Below are positions 52,634 to 62,091 of a DNA stretch of 64,000 nt, one piece after another. The translations under genes and the position numbers were made by a program. The stretch is from Atractiella rhizophila (Eukaryota). Positions within the stretch are counted from its first letter, which is position 1; each line of letters starts with the position of its first letter. The DNA lies in contig MU271201.1 in assembly GCA_021432655.1 (NCBI GenBank), forward strand, positions 1-64,000. The letters are read 5' to 3'. The notes beneath the pieces are model-generated. The model had not been told where the DNA came from and made no database searches. It worked only from the letters and a program-made list of their open reading frames with translations.

Positions 52634-53661
52634 TTACAAGAACCTGGTTCAGTTCCACGTCAATACTACTTCCAAAAACACGGATCGAAAAAAGGCTCAC
52701 TTCGACGCCATTCCCATCAATCCGCTAAGTCCCCCGCTGTCCGATCCACCCATCGCTCCCGCCCCCTTCAGCTTGCTCTGCACAATCAGTTTGAGCATCG
52801 TCGCTCCTGCAGAGGAGACTGCATCTGTCTTCCCTCCTGCAGCCTGGCCTCCAGTGCTCTCGAACAGCTTGGCAGCCTCAGACATGGCCATGCCGATCAT
52901 CTTCGATTGCATGTCGCCTCCACTGGAGGAGTGCGAAGAAGCACCGGCAGATCCAGAGCCAGACGTGAACATCTTCATCGCCTGTAAAGCGGCAGCGGTC
53001 CCGATAGACTTCGCATCCATGGAGGATGCATTGCCTTTGCTGTCGGGTGATACATATCAGGATCATGCATGGACACAGAAAAGCAAAAGTATGGGTCACG
53101 ACGCACGCATACGCTTCCTCATGAGCTCTTGTGGCTTCATGCTCGTTGATGGGCTCTGAGTCAACAGTCAGCTGGGGGCAGACATGGTTAAGCCAACTCT
53201 CACCGGAAGCGTTTGTATTCTTGATGTGATGTAGAGCCATCCCAAACAAACCTCCCTCCTCATCTCCACGATCCGCAGCGGCATGCCTAGCAGCAGCATC
53301 GAGGTCTGGACCTGCATGGGCCAGATAATCAGCAACGACACCAAACATCAGTATCAGTTATGTGTCATGAAAGAGACGGTTGAAGCAGCAACATTAGCAC
53401 GGAAATAGAACACGGTCCCTCAAACACGTTATATTGAGGAATGGACAACATACCATCACTGTGCTCTCCTTGTCCTCCAGGTCGATTCAAGTGTTCTCCT
53501 CCAGGTGCACTGAATTGTTGATCCCTGTCGTCTCCATCGTTCTCATGCAGCTTCTTCTGGAGAAAATCACCACCAGCTTTGAGAATACTGTCCTGCAAAC
53601 AATCGATCGAGATCAGATCCCGTTGCACACTGGCTACAGAGCAGTCAGGGTGACGCACCAT
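52634..53661 (-). CDS. beta-fg: Beta-flanking protein (beta-fg) homolog
   Basis: AHEEAY, SIGTAAALQAMKMFT, MIGMAMSEAAKLFE, ATMLKLIVQSK and GGLSGLMGMASKFL* match the family as recalled. The first coding exon is ATG only. Confidence 0.8.
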
Positions 53662-54083
53662 TGTGAGTGTTGATTTAGATACAGGAAAGTTGAATTCCGT
53701 TCAAGCCCCTGCTTTCTCTTGCACTGGTTGATTTTCTGCTTCCCGCAGGTTAAAATATAATTAGATCTAGAGCAGGGTAGTGACCTAATTCTTCCGCCCG
53801 TCTTGCTGCGGGAAGCATTGCACAAACGTTATTTGCTGAAGGCCGCTGATGCTGACCCAACGGTTTATGCGGCGGAGGGAATGAAAAGTACACAGGAGTC
53901 TGCAGTGCGTGAGGAGTTGAAGAGAATACAAGATAAGGTATGAGGAAATGGCAACACACGCTGAAATCCATTGACATTCAGTGCAAGGAATGAAAACGTG
54001 TGTACATACGTGTGATAATCGATAAGTCCTGAAGCTTCCATTGCTGTAGAACACCGTAATTCAATGTTGTAATTTACAAAGGC

Positions 54084-55568
54084 TTACCTAAACTCTGAAT
54101 CCGAATATCCTCCGTCATCACCACTCCAAAGAACAAGTTTCACACCCTTGCTTTCAAGTTCCTTCGCATATAGTCTTCCTTCTTCCGTCATGTACAATGC
54201 TTCAAACAAATCGAATCCAAGCTCGACGGTCTTGAGGACTTTCCATTTCCCCTTGTTCTTCTGTTTGGTGATATGGAATATGGTAAAAGCTGCGAGGATC
54301 TCAAAAGTGTTCGTTACAGGTGGTAAAAAGTCAGGGTATTCCTCTTGCAGAGTAGCCGCCAGCCGTTCCGTCACCGCGATGTTGTCAGCGAAATTGGTAA
54401 GAAAAAAGGGCTCCGTATAAACAAATGTTTCGATTGGGGAAGAGCACAGATCGGATATCATGCAAAGTAGCTTCAAAGGAAATGTCTCGTCGTCAGAAGC
54501 GGCCTCCAGGGAAGCTAATACACTGTCGCGACTTGCAGAGTGGTGGAGAGAGAAAGCCTTGAGGGATGGAAGTGGATCGAAGGGCTCTTCCAGGTATCTA
54601 TGAACATGCGCGACGGGGATGTAGGTAGAATGTTCAAAGTAGACTTCTTCCAACTTTGGGAAGCACCGTAAAAAGGGAAAGAAAGTTCGCCAAAGAATAA
54701 AGCCGTCTTTCTCAAGGCCATGTTGCACCTGTTGATTCAAGAATACTGGCGTTTTTTGCACGTCCAAACGACGCAAACGAGAGTGCGATACACCGGTGTC
54801 GAGTTTTGTAGCCAAAAAATCAACGTGGAAACTGAGGGTAGCCATTGCGTCAAAAGAGGTGAGAATTTGGTGAAAAGTGATCCACTCGAGCTCATATGAT
54901 GAAAATGTGACCCTTCTAACCTTTGACTTGTCGGACATGAACTGAATTGCCCGTTTGATGCGGGCTTCGAAAGCAAAGCGTGAGTCGGACTCAATCCAAA
55001 ATCCAAGCTGCACTTTTTTTTCGCACAGATTCACAAGAGATAGGAGAGACGCCAATGGGAGAGAGATATCAGCCGGGAGGTTCACTGTTTGATCTTCCCG
55101 ATCCTCCCGATCCTCCCGATCCTCATGATCCTCCCGAAAATGAAAGTGTACAGCCCCTAAGCGTGGCGTCATGGACAAGAGCTCTTGCATGCTGTCTTGC
55201 AAGTGCTGGTATTGTTCTCGAACAAGCTCGTCGTCGTGGATATGTTCGCCTACAGGAAAGTTGGCAGCTTCGTACAAAATGACATGGATAGTCGTGATAT
55301 ACTTGACAAACCCCGGTATGTCATGAATGGGGTTCCGTCGCTCAAGTTCATCGCCGGGACCAATGCTTGTCGAGCGAACTGCTAAAGATGTCCCATCCAC
55401 GAGAAAAATAGTGGAGAAAAGATAGGGTGCACACAAGGCACGAAGCAAGTGAGAAACGCGACTAAGACATTCGAGAGGGTATTCCAAGTGAGCCTGCTGA
55501 ATTATTTCGTTTTGAAGTTCAGCAGGGAGCGACAGAAAAGGGAAAGGCTTCTTCTTCTGATAAACCAT
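54084..55568 (-). CDS. F-box-like protein, single-exon CDS (copy 1)
   Basis: FPFLSLPAELQNEII...LSRVSHLLRALCAPYLFSTI. A 9-bp tandem repeat encodes EDREDRED. Confidence 0.85.
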   Translation of the reverse strand: MVYQKKKPFPFLSLPAELQNEIIQQAHLEYPLECLSRVSHLLRALCAPYLFSTIFLVDGTSLAVRSTSIGPGDELERRNPIHDIPGFVKYITTIHVILYEAANFPVGEHIHDDELVREQYQHLQDSMQELLSMTPRLGAVHFHFREDHEDREDREDREDQTVNLPADISLPLASLLSLVNLCEKKVQLGFWIESDSRFAFEARIKRAIQFMSDKSKVRRVTFSSYELEWITFHQILTSFDAMATLSFHVDFLATKLDTGVSHSRLRRLDVQKTPVFLNQQVQHGLEKDGFILWRTFFPFLRCFPKLEEVYFEHSTYIPVAHVHRYLEEPFDPLPSLKAFSLHHSASRDSVLASLEAASDDETFPLKLLCMISDLCSSPIETFVYTEPFFLTNFADNIAVTERLAATLQEEYPDFLPPVTNTFEILAAFTIFHITKQKNKGKWKVLKTVELGFDLFEALYMTEEGRLYAKELESKGVKLVLWSGDDGGYSDSEFR

Positions 55569-55784
55569 GCTGACTCGGTGCGTTGATGAAGAAACCGGCG
55601 TTCCTCTTAGTATTGCTGTAAGATGATAAGCAAAAAAAGAAGACTAGTAAGAGAGCTCACTTTCGGCCACACACCACTTATCAACTTACTGCAAAGAACC
55701 GCAAGCCTGATAAATCATCATAGCAGGAGCACATTAATAGCCCGAACTCAAAGAATTGGCAAGATAGGGTTTGGTCGCATTTGA

Positions 55785-55795
55785 CAAAAATTTTT
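55785..55795 (+). promoter_or_regulatory. RRPE-like element upstream of RPA43
   Basis: CAAAAATTTTT about 10 nt before the ATG, with TAGGGTTT at ~55765. Short motifs, supported only by the ribosome-biogenesis gene context. Confidence 0.35.
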
Positions 55796-55805
55796 GGAAG
55801 GAAAC

Positions 55806-57159
55806 ATGTCCAACTCGTCTTTCCACTCGCTGACGATTTCAACGCGTCTACCACTTTCTCCAGCCTTCTTCCCAGGCTCAGGCAACAGTTTTGTGATCCA
55901 CTCCATCCTATCCACCTTCCTCACGCACTACCACCGATCGCTCGATTGCTTCTTGCTCTCCTTCGATCCAGCTTCCATTTCCTTCAAACATCCCTTACCA
56001 CTTGTACCCGGAACAGGTTGGGCACTTTTAGATGTTTCTTTCAAAGGTATTGGATGGCGGCCGCGGCGGGGGGATAAAATCCGTATGTTTTCGCATAACA
56101 CCTATTTGTTCAAGTGGTATTGAGCGGTTGGTAAGTGGGGAAAGTGAAGCAAGCAACGGAAGGGCATGTTGCTGTGTTAGTACACGGCTTGTTCAATGCA
56201 AGTATTTCAAAAGAAGAAATGGGAGCACGACGGTGGAACAAGGAGCGAGCGATGCCGTCTTGGGCAAGGGACGGAGACGGAGAGTCAATTGTAGCTGAGA
56301 GAGATAGGGAAGGAGGAGATTAGAGGAGTTAGAAGAGGAAGGTTGGAGCCATGGGTGGTGGGAGGACGAGGATGGTGAATGCGTTGGTGGAGAGGATGGA
56401 TGGGTTGAATTTTGGGTCCTAAGGTGAGCACCGTCAACTAAGGGAGGTATGGTGTATTCCGCTTTTTTGTTGGAGTAAAGTACGAAAGTCTTGTTCCTTC
56501 ATTGCCTTGAGCATTGTTTATGACTATCCATACGCATGGCTGTGTTGCCCTTACTCTCGCTATGTGAGCTCTGACTTCTGCCATTGGCTGATTCCGAGCT
56601 GTTTGGAACAAAACGACGCTGTAATGGTTATAGAAAGTTCTTTAACTATGTTTCATGATTCTTTTCAATCGCACGTCTCAACGTTTTCATATATTCTCTC
56701 CCCAACTGTAGTGAAATTTATTTCTAGGTGGTGGTCACTTGATGTCTTTGAAACCGTTTCGGGGGCGAAATACTAACCTCTGCTGTAAATAGTTTGACGA
56801 ACCAGAGCACCCAAGTCTCGATCGAAGGATCACTTATCCCTCCACACCTCCGGCAAGCAACAACAACACCATCTAAATCCTCTTCAAAACCACGCATACC
56901 TTCCCGTCTATCTCAATCCTCCTTCCGCTCAACAAGTCCTGAAAGCTCGGATGTAGAAATGCAAGTGGAACAACTTAGGTCAGAGGAAGCGGAGGAAACC
57001 CCGCGGAAAGAGAAGAAGAGTAAAAAGCGAAAGTCTCGAGGGGACAACGAGACGGAAAGTGGGAAGAAGAAGAAGAGGCGGAGGAAGGAAGAGGATGGGG
57101 ATGGAGAGGGGAAGGCTTCTGCTAAGAAGGTTCGATTTAGTAGTGTTGATTCCTCATAG
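55806..57159 (+). CDS. RPA43: RNA polymerase I subunit A43 (copy 1; 2-nt insertion near 56317)
   Basis: LPLSPAF, GWRPRRGDKILGKV, HVAVLVHGLFNASI, GWWEDEDG, VSIEGSL and a Lys-rich tail. Introns ~56083-56134 and 56424-56792. Confidence 0.8.
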
Positions 57160-57380
57160 GGAAATGCATTTTGTTCCTTCTCTCGGCGCGTCTACCGTAC
57201 CGACGTAATGGAGTACAGGAAAAGGAGTGAATAAGGAAAGTCCAGATTACTTTTGGTATGCATATTTACACATGCAACTGACGAAGCGCGAACTAGTCCA
57301 GAACCGCGTCCAGAGGTCTTTTAATAAACACTAAAACAACTCGAGCAAATCTCAAGACGTGTCCGTTGGTGTGATACCTA

Positions 57381-58244
57381 TCAATCGACTTCCTCCTCAA
57401 ATGCACGTGGATCTTCCTCCAAGTGAGCTTGTTCCGCACTTTCAACACCTTTAACAGCCTCTCCTTCATTTCCACGGCGCTCCTTCAAAGTGGGCTCAGG
57501 CTGAGCAGGCAGCGCGTGATCCTCATCGTCTTCATCTGCATCATCCTCCTCCTTACTAGATCCTTCTCGAAGCGTTTCCTCAACGGGCGGATGCTGCACC
57601 TCTTCCTGTGGTGGCAATCGTACATTCTCGCTCTTGGGATGCTCTGGTTCAGCTTCGAAGACGTTTCGAATTGGCTCGACGTTCGGTTGGACTGTAGGCT
57701 CTGCCTCCTCCTCCTGCTCGCCTAACGGATCCTTGAGGTTGGTGATCGTCTTCGGCGTCGGGGAGGCTGCTTTGACGATCGCATAATCTGCGTACTATGG
57801 TCTCTGTTAGCAAATACCTTCTAGATAGAGAAAGTGTTTCACGTTGGCAGGAAAGTCTCCGCTATGGCATGCTCGTTAGAGGTATCCAAAGGTCAGCGAT
57901 GCGAGACTCACCAGGAGAAATCCCAAGTCTTCACCCAGCGCGCACTTTCGCACTTCTTCTTCGTCCACTGTCCGGCATATGCAAGCGCTGAGTAGTGTTG
58001 CCAGTTCCACAACATGATGATGATAAGTACAGCTGCGATTTGGAGCCGAAGCTTCGGTTTGAGATAGGTAGTGACGGCATCGAAGAGGACTGCGAAGGTA
58101 AGAATGGCGAACCACAAAGCGGGAAGGTAGTGGTGCAAAAAGAGCTGGCGCTGCATGATGAAGAATGGGAAGTAATGCAGGCCCCAGCCGAGGACTGTGA
58201 AAGTACAGATCTTGTCGTAGAACGCAACGACGGAATTGTTGAGG
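57381..58244 (-). CDS. PMT1: 3' portion of protein O-mannosyltransferase (duplicate copy, truncated by gap)
   Basis: RQLFLHHYLPALWF...WVKTWDFS, near-identical to 62092-62955. Confidence 0.8.
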
Positions 58245-58269
58245 NNNNNNNNNNNNNNNNNNNNNNNNN
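58245..58269. other. Assembly gap
   Basis: 25 N bases. Confidence 1.
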
Positions 58270-58787
58270 ATGCAGCTTCTTCTGGAGAAAATCACCACCA
58301 GCTTTGAGAATACTGTCCTGCAAACAATCGATCGAGATCAGATCCCGTTGCACACTGGCTACAGCGCAGTCAGGGTGACGCACCATGGTGAGTGTTGATT
58401 TAGATACAGGAAAGTTGAATTCTGTTCAAGACCTTGCTTTCTCTTGCACTGGTTGATTTGTCTACTTCCCGTAGGCTCAAATATAATTAGATCTGGAGCA
58501 GGGTAGTGACCTAATTCATCCGCCCGCCCTGCTGCGGGAAACATTGCACAAACGTTATTTGCTGAAGGCAGCGGATGCTGAACCCAACAGTTTTCCGGTA
58601 GGGTGAATGAAACGTACAAAGCAATCAACATTGCGTGAGAACAAAAGATAAGGTACGAGGAATGCGAACACACGTTCATTGTGAAATCCATTGACATTCA
58701 GTGCAGGGAATGAATACGGCTGTGTACATGAACAATAAATCCTTAAGCTTTCACTACTGTAGGGCAGATAATTCAACACTGGTAAAT

Positions 58788-60272
58788 TCACGAAAACTCT
58801 GATTCTAAATATCCTCGGTCATCACCACTCCAAAGAACAAGTTTCACACCCTTGTTTTCAAGTTCCTTCGCATATAGTCTTCCTTCTTCCGTCATGTACA
58901 ATGCTTCAAACAAATCAAACCCAAGCTCGACGGTCCTGAGGGCTTTCCATTTCCCTTTGTTCTTCTGTTTGACGATATGGAATATGGCAAAAGCTGCGAG
59001 GATCTCAAAAGTGTTCGTTACGGGTGGTAAAAAGTCAGGGTATTCCTCTTGCAGAGTAGTCGCCAGCCTTTCCGTCACCGCGATGTTGTCAGCGAAATTG
59101 GTAAGAAAAAAGGGCTCCGCATAAACAAATGTTTCGATTGGAGAAGAGCACAGGTCGGATATCATGCAAAGTAGCTTCAAAGGAAATGTCTCGTCGTCAG
59201 AAGCGGCCTCCAGGGAAGCTAATAGACTGTCGCGACTTGCAGAGTGGTGGAGAGAGAAAGCCTTGAGGGATGGAAGTGGATCGAAGGGCTCTTCCAGGTA
59301 TCTATGAACATGCGCGACGGGGATGTAGGTAGAATGTTCAAAGTAGACTTCTTCCAACTTTGGGAAGCACCGTAAAAAGGGAAAGAAAGTTCGCCAAAGA
59401 ATAAAGCCGTCTTTCTCAAGGCCATGTTGCACCTGTTGATTCAAGAATACTGGCGTTTTTTGCACGTCCAAACGACGCAAACGAGAGTGCGATACACCGG
59501 TGTCGAGTTTTGTAGCCAAAAAATCAACGTGGAAACTGAGGGTAGCCATTGCGTCAAAAGAGGTGAGAATTTGGTGAAAAGTGATCCACTCGAGCTCATA
59601 TGATGAAAATGTGACCCTTCTAACCTTTGACTTGTCGGACATGAACTGAATTGCCCGTTTGATGCGGGCTTCGAAAGCAAAGCGTGAGTCGGACTCAATC
59701 CAAAATCCAAGCTGCACTTTTTTTTCGCACAGATTCACAAGAGATAGGAGAGACGCCAATGGGAGAGAGATATCAGCCGGGAGGTTCACTGTTTGATCTT
59801 CCCGATCCTCCCGATCCTCCCGATCCTCATGATCCTCCCGAAAATGAAAGTGTACAGCCCCTAAGCGTGGCGTCATGGACAAGAGCTCTTGCATGCTGTC
59901 TTGCAAGTGCTGGTATTGTTCTCGAACAAGCTCGTCGTCGTGGATATGTTCGCCTACAGGAAAGTTGGCAGCTTCGTACAAAATGACATGGATAGTCGTG
60001 ATATACTTGACAAACCCCGGTATGTCATGAATGGGGTTCCGTCGCTCAAGTTCATCGCCGGGACCAATGCTTGTCGAGCGAACTGCTAAAGATGTCCCAT
60101 CCACGAGAAAAATAGTGGAGAAAAGATAGGGTGCACACAAGGCACGAAGCAAGTGAGAAACGCGACTAAGACATTCGAGAGGGTATTCCAAGTGAACCTG
60201 CTGAATTATTTCGTTTTGAAGTTCAGCAGGGAGCGACAGAAAAGGGAAAGGCTTCTTCTTCTGATAAACCAT
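58788..60272 (-). CDS. F-box-like protein, single-exon CDS (copy 2)
   Basis: Near-identical to 54084-55568, with differences mostly in the C-terminal third. Confidence 0.85.
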   Translation of the reverse strand: MVYQKKKPFPFLSLPAELQNEIIQQVHLEYPLECLSRVSHLLRALCAPYLFSTIFLVDGTSLAVRSTSIGPGDELERRNPIHDIPGFVKYITTIHVILYEAANFPVGEHIHDDELVREQYQHLQDSMQELLSMTPRLGAVHFHFREDHEDREDREDREDQTVNLPADISLPLASLLSLVNLCEKKVQLGFWIESDSRFAFEARIKRAIQFMSDKSKVRRVTFSSYELEWITFHQILTSFDAMATLSFHVDFLATKLDTGVSHSRLRRLDVQKTPVFLNQQVQHGLEKDGFILWRTFFPFLRCFPKLEEVYFEHSTYIPVAHVHRYLEEPFDPLPSLKAFSLHHSASRDSLLASLEAASDDETFPLKLLCMISDLCSSPIETFVYAEPFFLTNFADNIAVTERLATTLQEEYPDFLPPVTNTFEILAAFAIFHIVKQKNKGKWKALRTVELGFDLFEALYMTEEGRLYAKELENKGVKLVLWSGDDRGYLESEFS

Positions 60273-60510
60273 GCTGACTCGGTGCGTTGATGAAGAAACC
60301 GGCGTTCCTCTTAGTATTGCTGTAAGATGATAAGCAAAAAAAAGAAGACTAGTAAGAGAGCTCACTTTCGGCCACACACCACTTATCAACTTACTGCAAA
60401 GAACCGCAAGCCTGATAAATCATCATAGCAGGAGCATATTAATAGCCCGAACTCAAAGAATTGGCAAGATAGGGTTTGGTCGCATTTGACAAAAATTTTT
60501 GGAAGGAAAC

Positions 60511-61863
60511 ATGTCCAACTCGTCTTTCCACTCGCTGACGATTTCAACGCGTCTACCACTTTCTCCAGCCTTCTTCCCAGGCTCAGGCAACAGTTTTGTG
60601 ATCCACTCCATCCTATCCACCTTCCTCACGCACTACCACCGATCGCTCGATTGCTTCTTGCTCTCCTTCGATCCAGCTTCCATTTGCTTCAAACATCCCT
60701 TACCACTTGTACCCGGAACAGGTTGGGCACTTTTAGATGTTTCTTTCAAAGGCATTGGATGGCGGCCGCGGCGGGGGATAAAATCCGTATGTTTTCGCAT
60801 AACACCTATTTGTTCAAGTGGTATTGAGCGGTTGGTAAGTGGGGAAAGTGAAGCAAGCAACGGAAGGGCATGTTGCTGTGTTAGTACACGGCTTGTTCAA
60901 TGCAAGTATTTCGAAAGAAGAAATGGGAGCACGACGGTGGAACAAGGAGCGAGCGATGCCGTCTTGGGCAAGGGACGGAGACGGAGAGTCAATTGTAGCT
61001 GAGAGAGATAGGGAAGGAGGATTAGAGGAGTTAGAAGAGGAAGGTTGGAGCCATGGGTGGTGGGAGGACGAGGATGGTGAATGCGTTGGTGGAGAGGATG
61101 GATGGGTTGAATTTTGGGTCCTAAGGTGAGCACCGTCAACTAAGGGAGGTATGGTGTATTCCGCTTTTATTTGTTGGAGTAAAGTACGAAAGTCTTGTTC
61201 CTTCATTGCCTTGAGCATTGTTTATGACTATCCATACGCATGACTGTGTTGCCCTTACTCTCGCTATGTGAGCTCTGACTTCTGCCATTGGCTGATTCCG
61301 AGCTGTTTGGAACAAAACGACGCTGTAATGGTTATAGAAAGTTCTTTAACTATGTTTCGTGATTCTTTTCAATCGCACGTCTCAACGTTTTCATATATTC
61401 TCTCCCCAACTGTAGTGAAATTTATTTCTAGGTGGTGGTCACTTGATGTCTTTGAAACCGTTTCGGGGGCGAAATACTAACCTCTGCTGTAAATAGTTTG
61501 ACGAACCAGAGCACCCAAGTCTCGATCGAAGGATCACTTATCCCTCCACACCTCCGGCAAGCAACAACAACACCATCTAAATCCTCTTCAAAACCACGCA
61601 TACCTTCCCGTCTATCTCAATCCTCCTTCCGCTCAACAAGTCCTGAAAGCTCGGATGTAGAAATGCAAGTGGAACAACTTAGGTCAGAGGAAGCGGAGGA
61701 AACCCCGCGGAAAGAGAAGAAGAGTAAAAAGCGAAAGTCTCGAGGGGACAACGAGACGGAAAGTGGGAAGAAGAAGAAGAGGCGGAGGAAGGAAGAGGAT
61801 GGGGATGGAGAGGGGAAGGCTTCTGCTAAGAAGGTTCGATTTAGTAGTGTTGATTCCTCATAG
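60511..61863 (+). CDS. RPA43: RNA polymerase I subunit A43 (copy 2; 1-nt deletion in G run at 60773-60777)
   Basis: Same exons as copy 1, with G5 instead of G6 before GATAAAATC. Confidence 0.8.
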
Positions 61864-62091
61864 GGAAATGCATTTTGTTCCTTCTCTCGGCGCGTCTACC
61901 GTACCGACGTAATGGAGTACAGGAAAAGGAGTGAATAAGGAAAGTCCAGATTACTTTTGGTATTCTAAATGCATATTTACACATGCAACTGACGAAGCGC
62001 GAACTAGTCCAGAACCGCGTCCAGAGGTCTTTTAATAAACACTAAAACAACTCGAGCAAATCTCAAGACGTGTCCGTTGGTGTGATACCTA

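Larger units (their letters stand above)
53545..58244 (+). repeat. ~4.7-kb direct repeat, copy 1
   Basis: Colinear with 58270-62955 and ends exactly at the N gap. Confidence 0.95.

Noticed and set aside
55090..55136. 9-bp tandem repeat GATCCTCCC
   Set aside because: An ordinary coding minisatellite (EDR repeats), identical in both copies.
14748..55568. Retrocopy or transposon origin for the intronless F-box genes
   Set aside because: No poly(A) tails, target-site duplications, terminal repeats or transposase were seen, and several have probable 5' UTR introns.
56617..56640. CGCTGTAATGG resembling the 5' end of yeast SRP RNA
   Set aside because: Too little room before the intron end, and no recognisable helix 8 motif.
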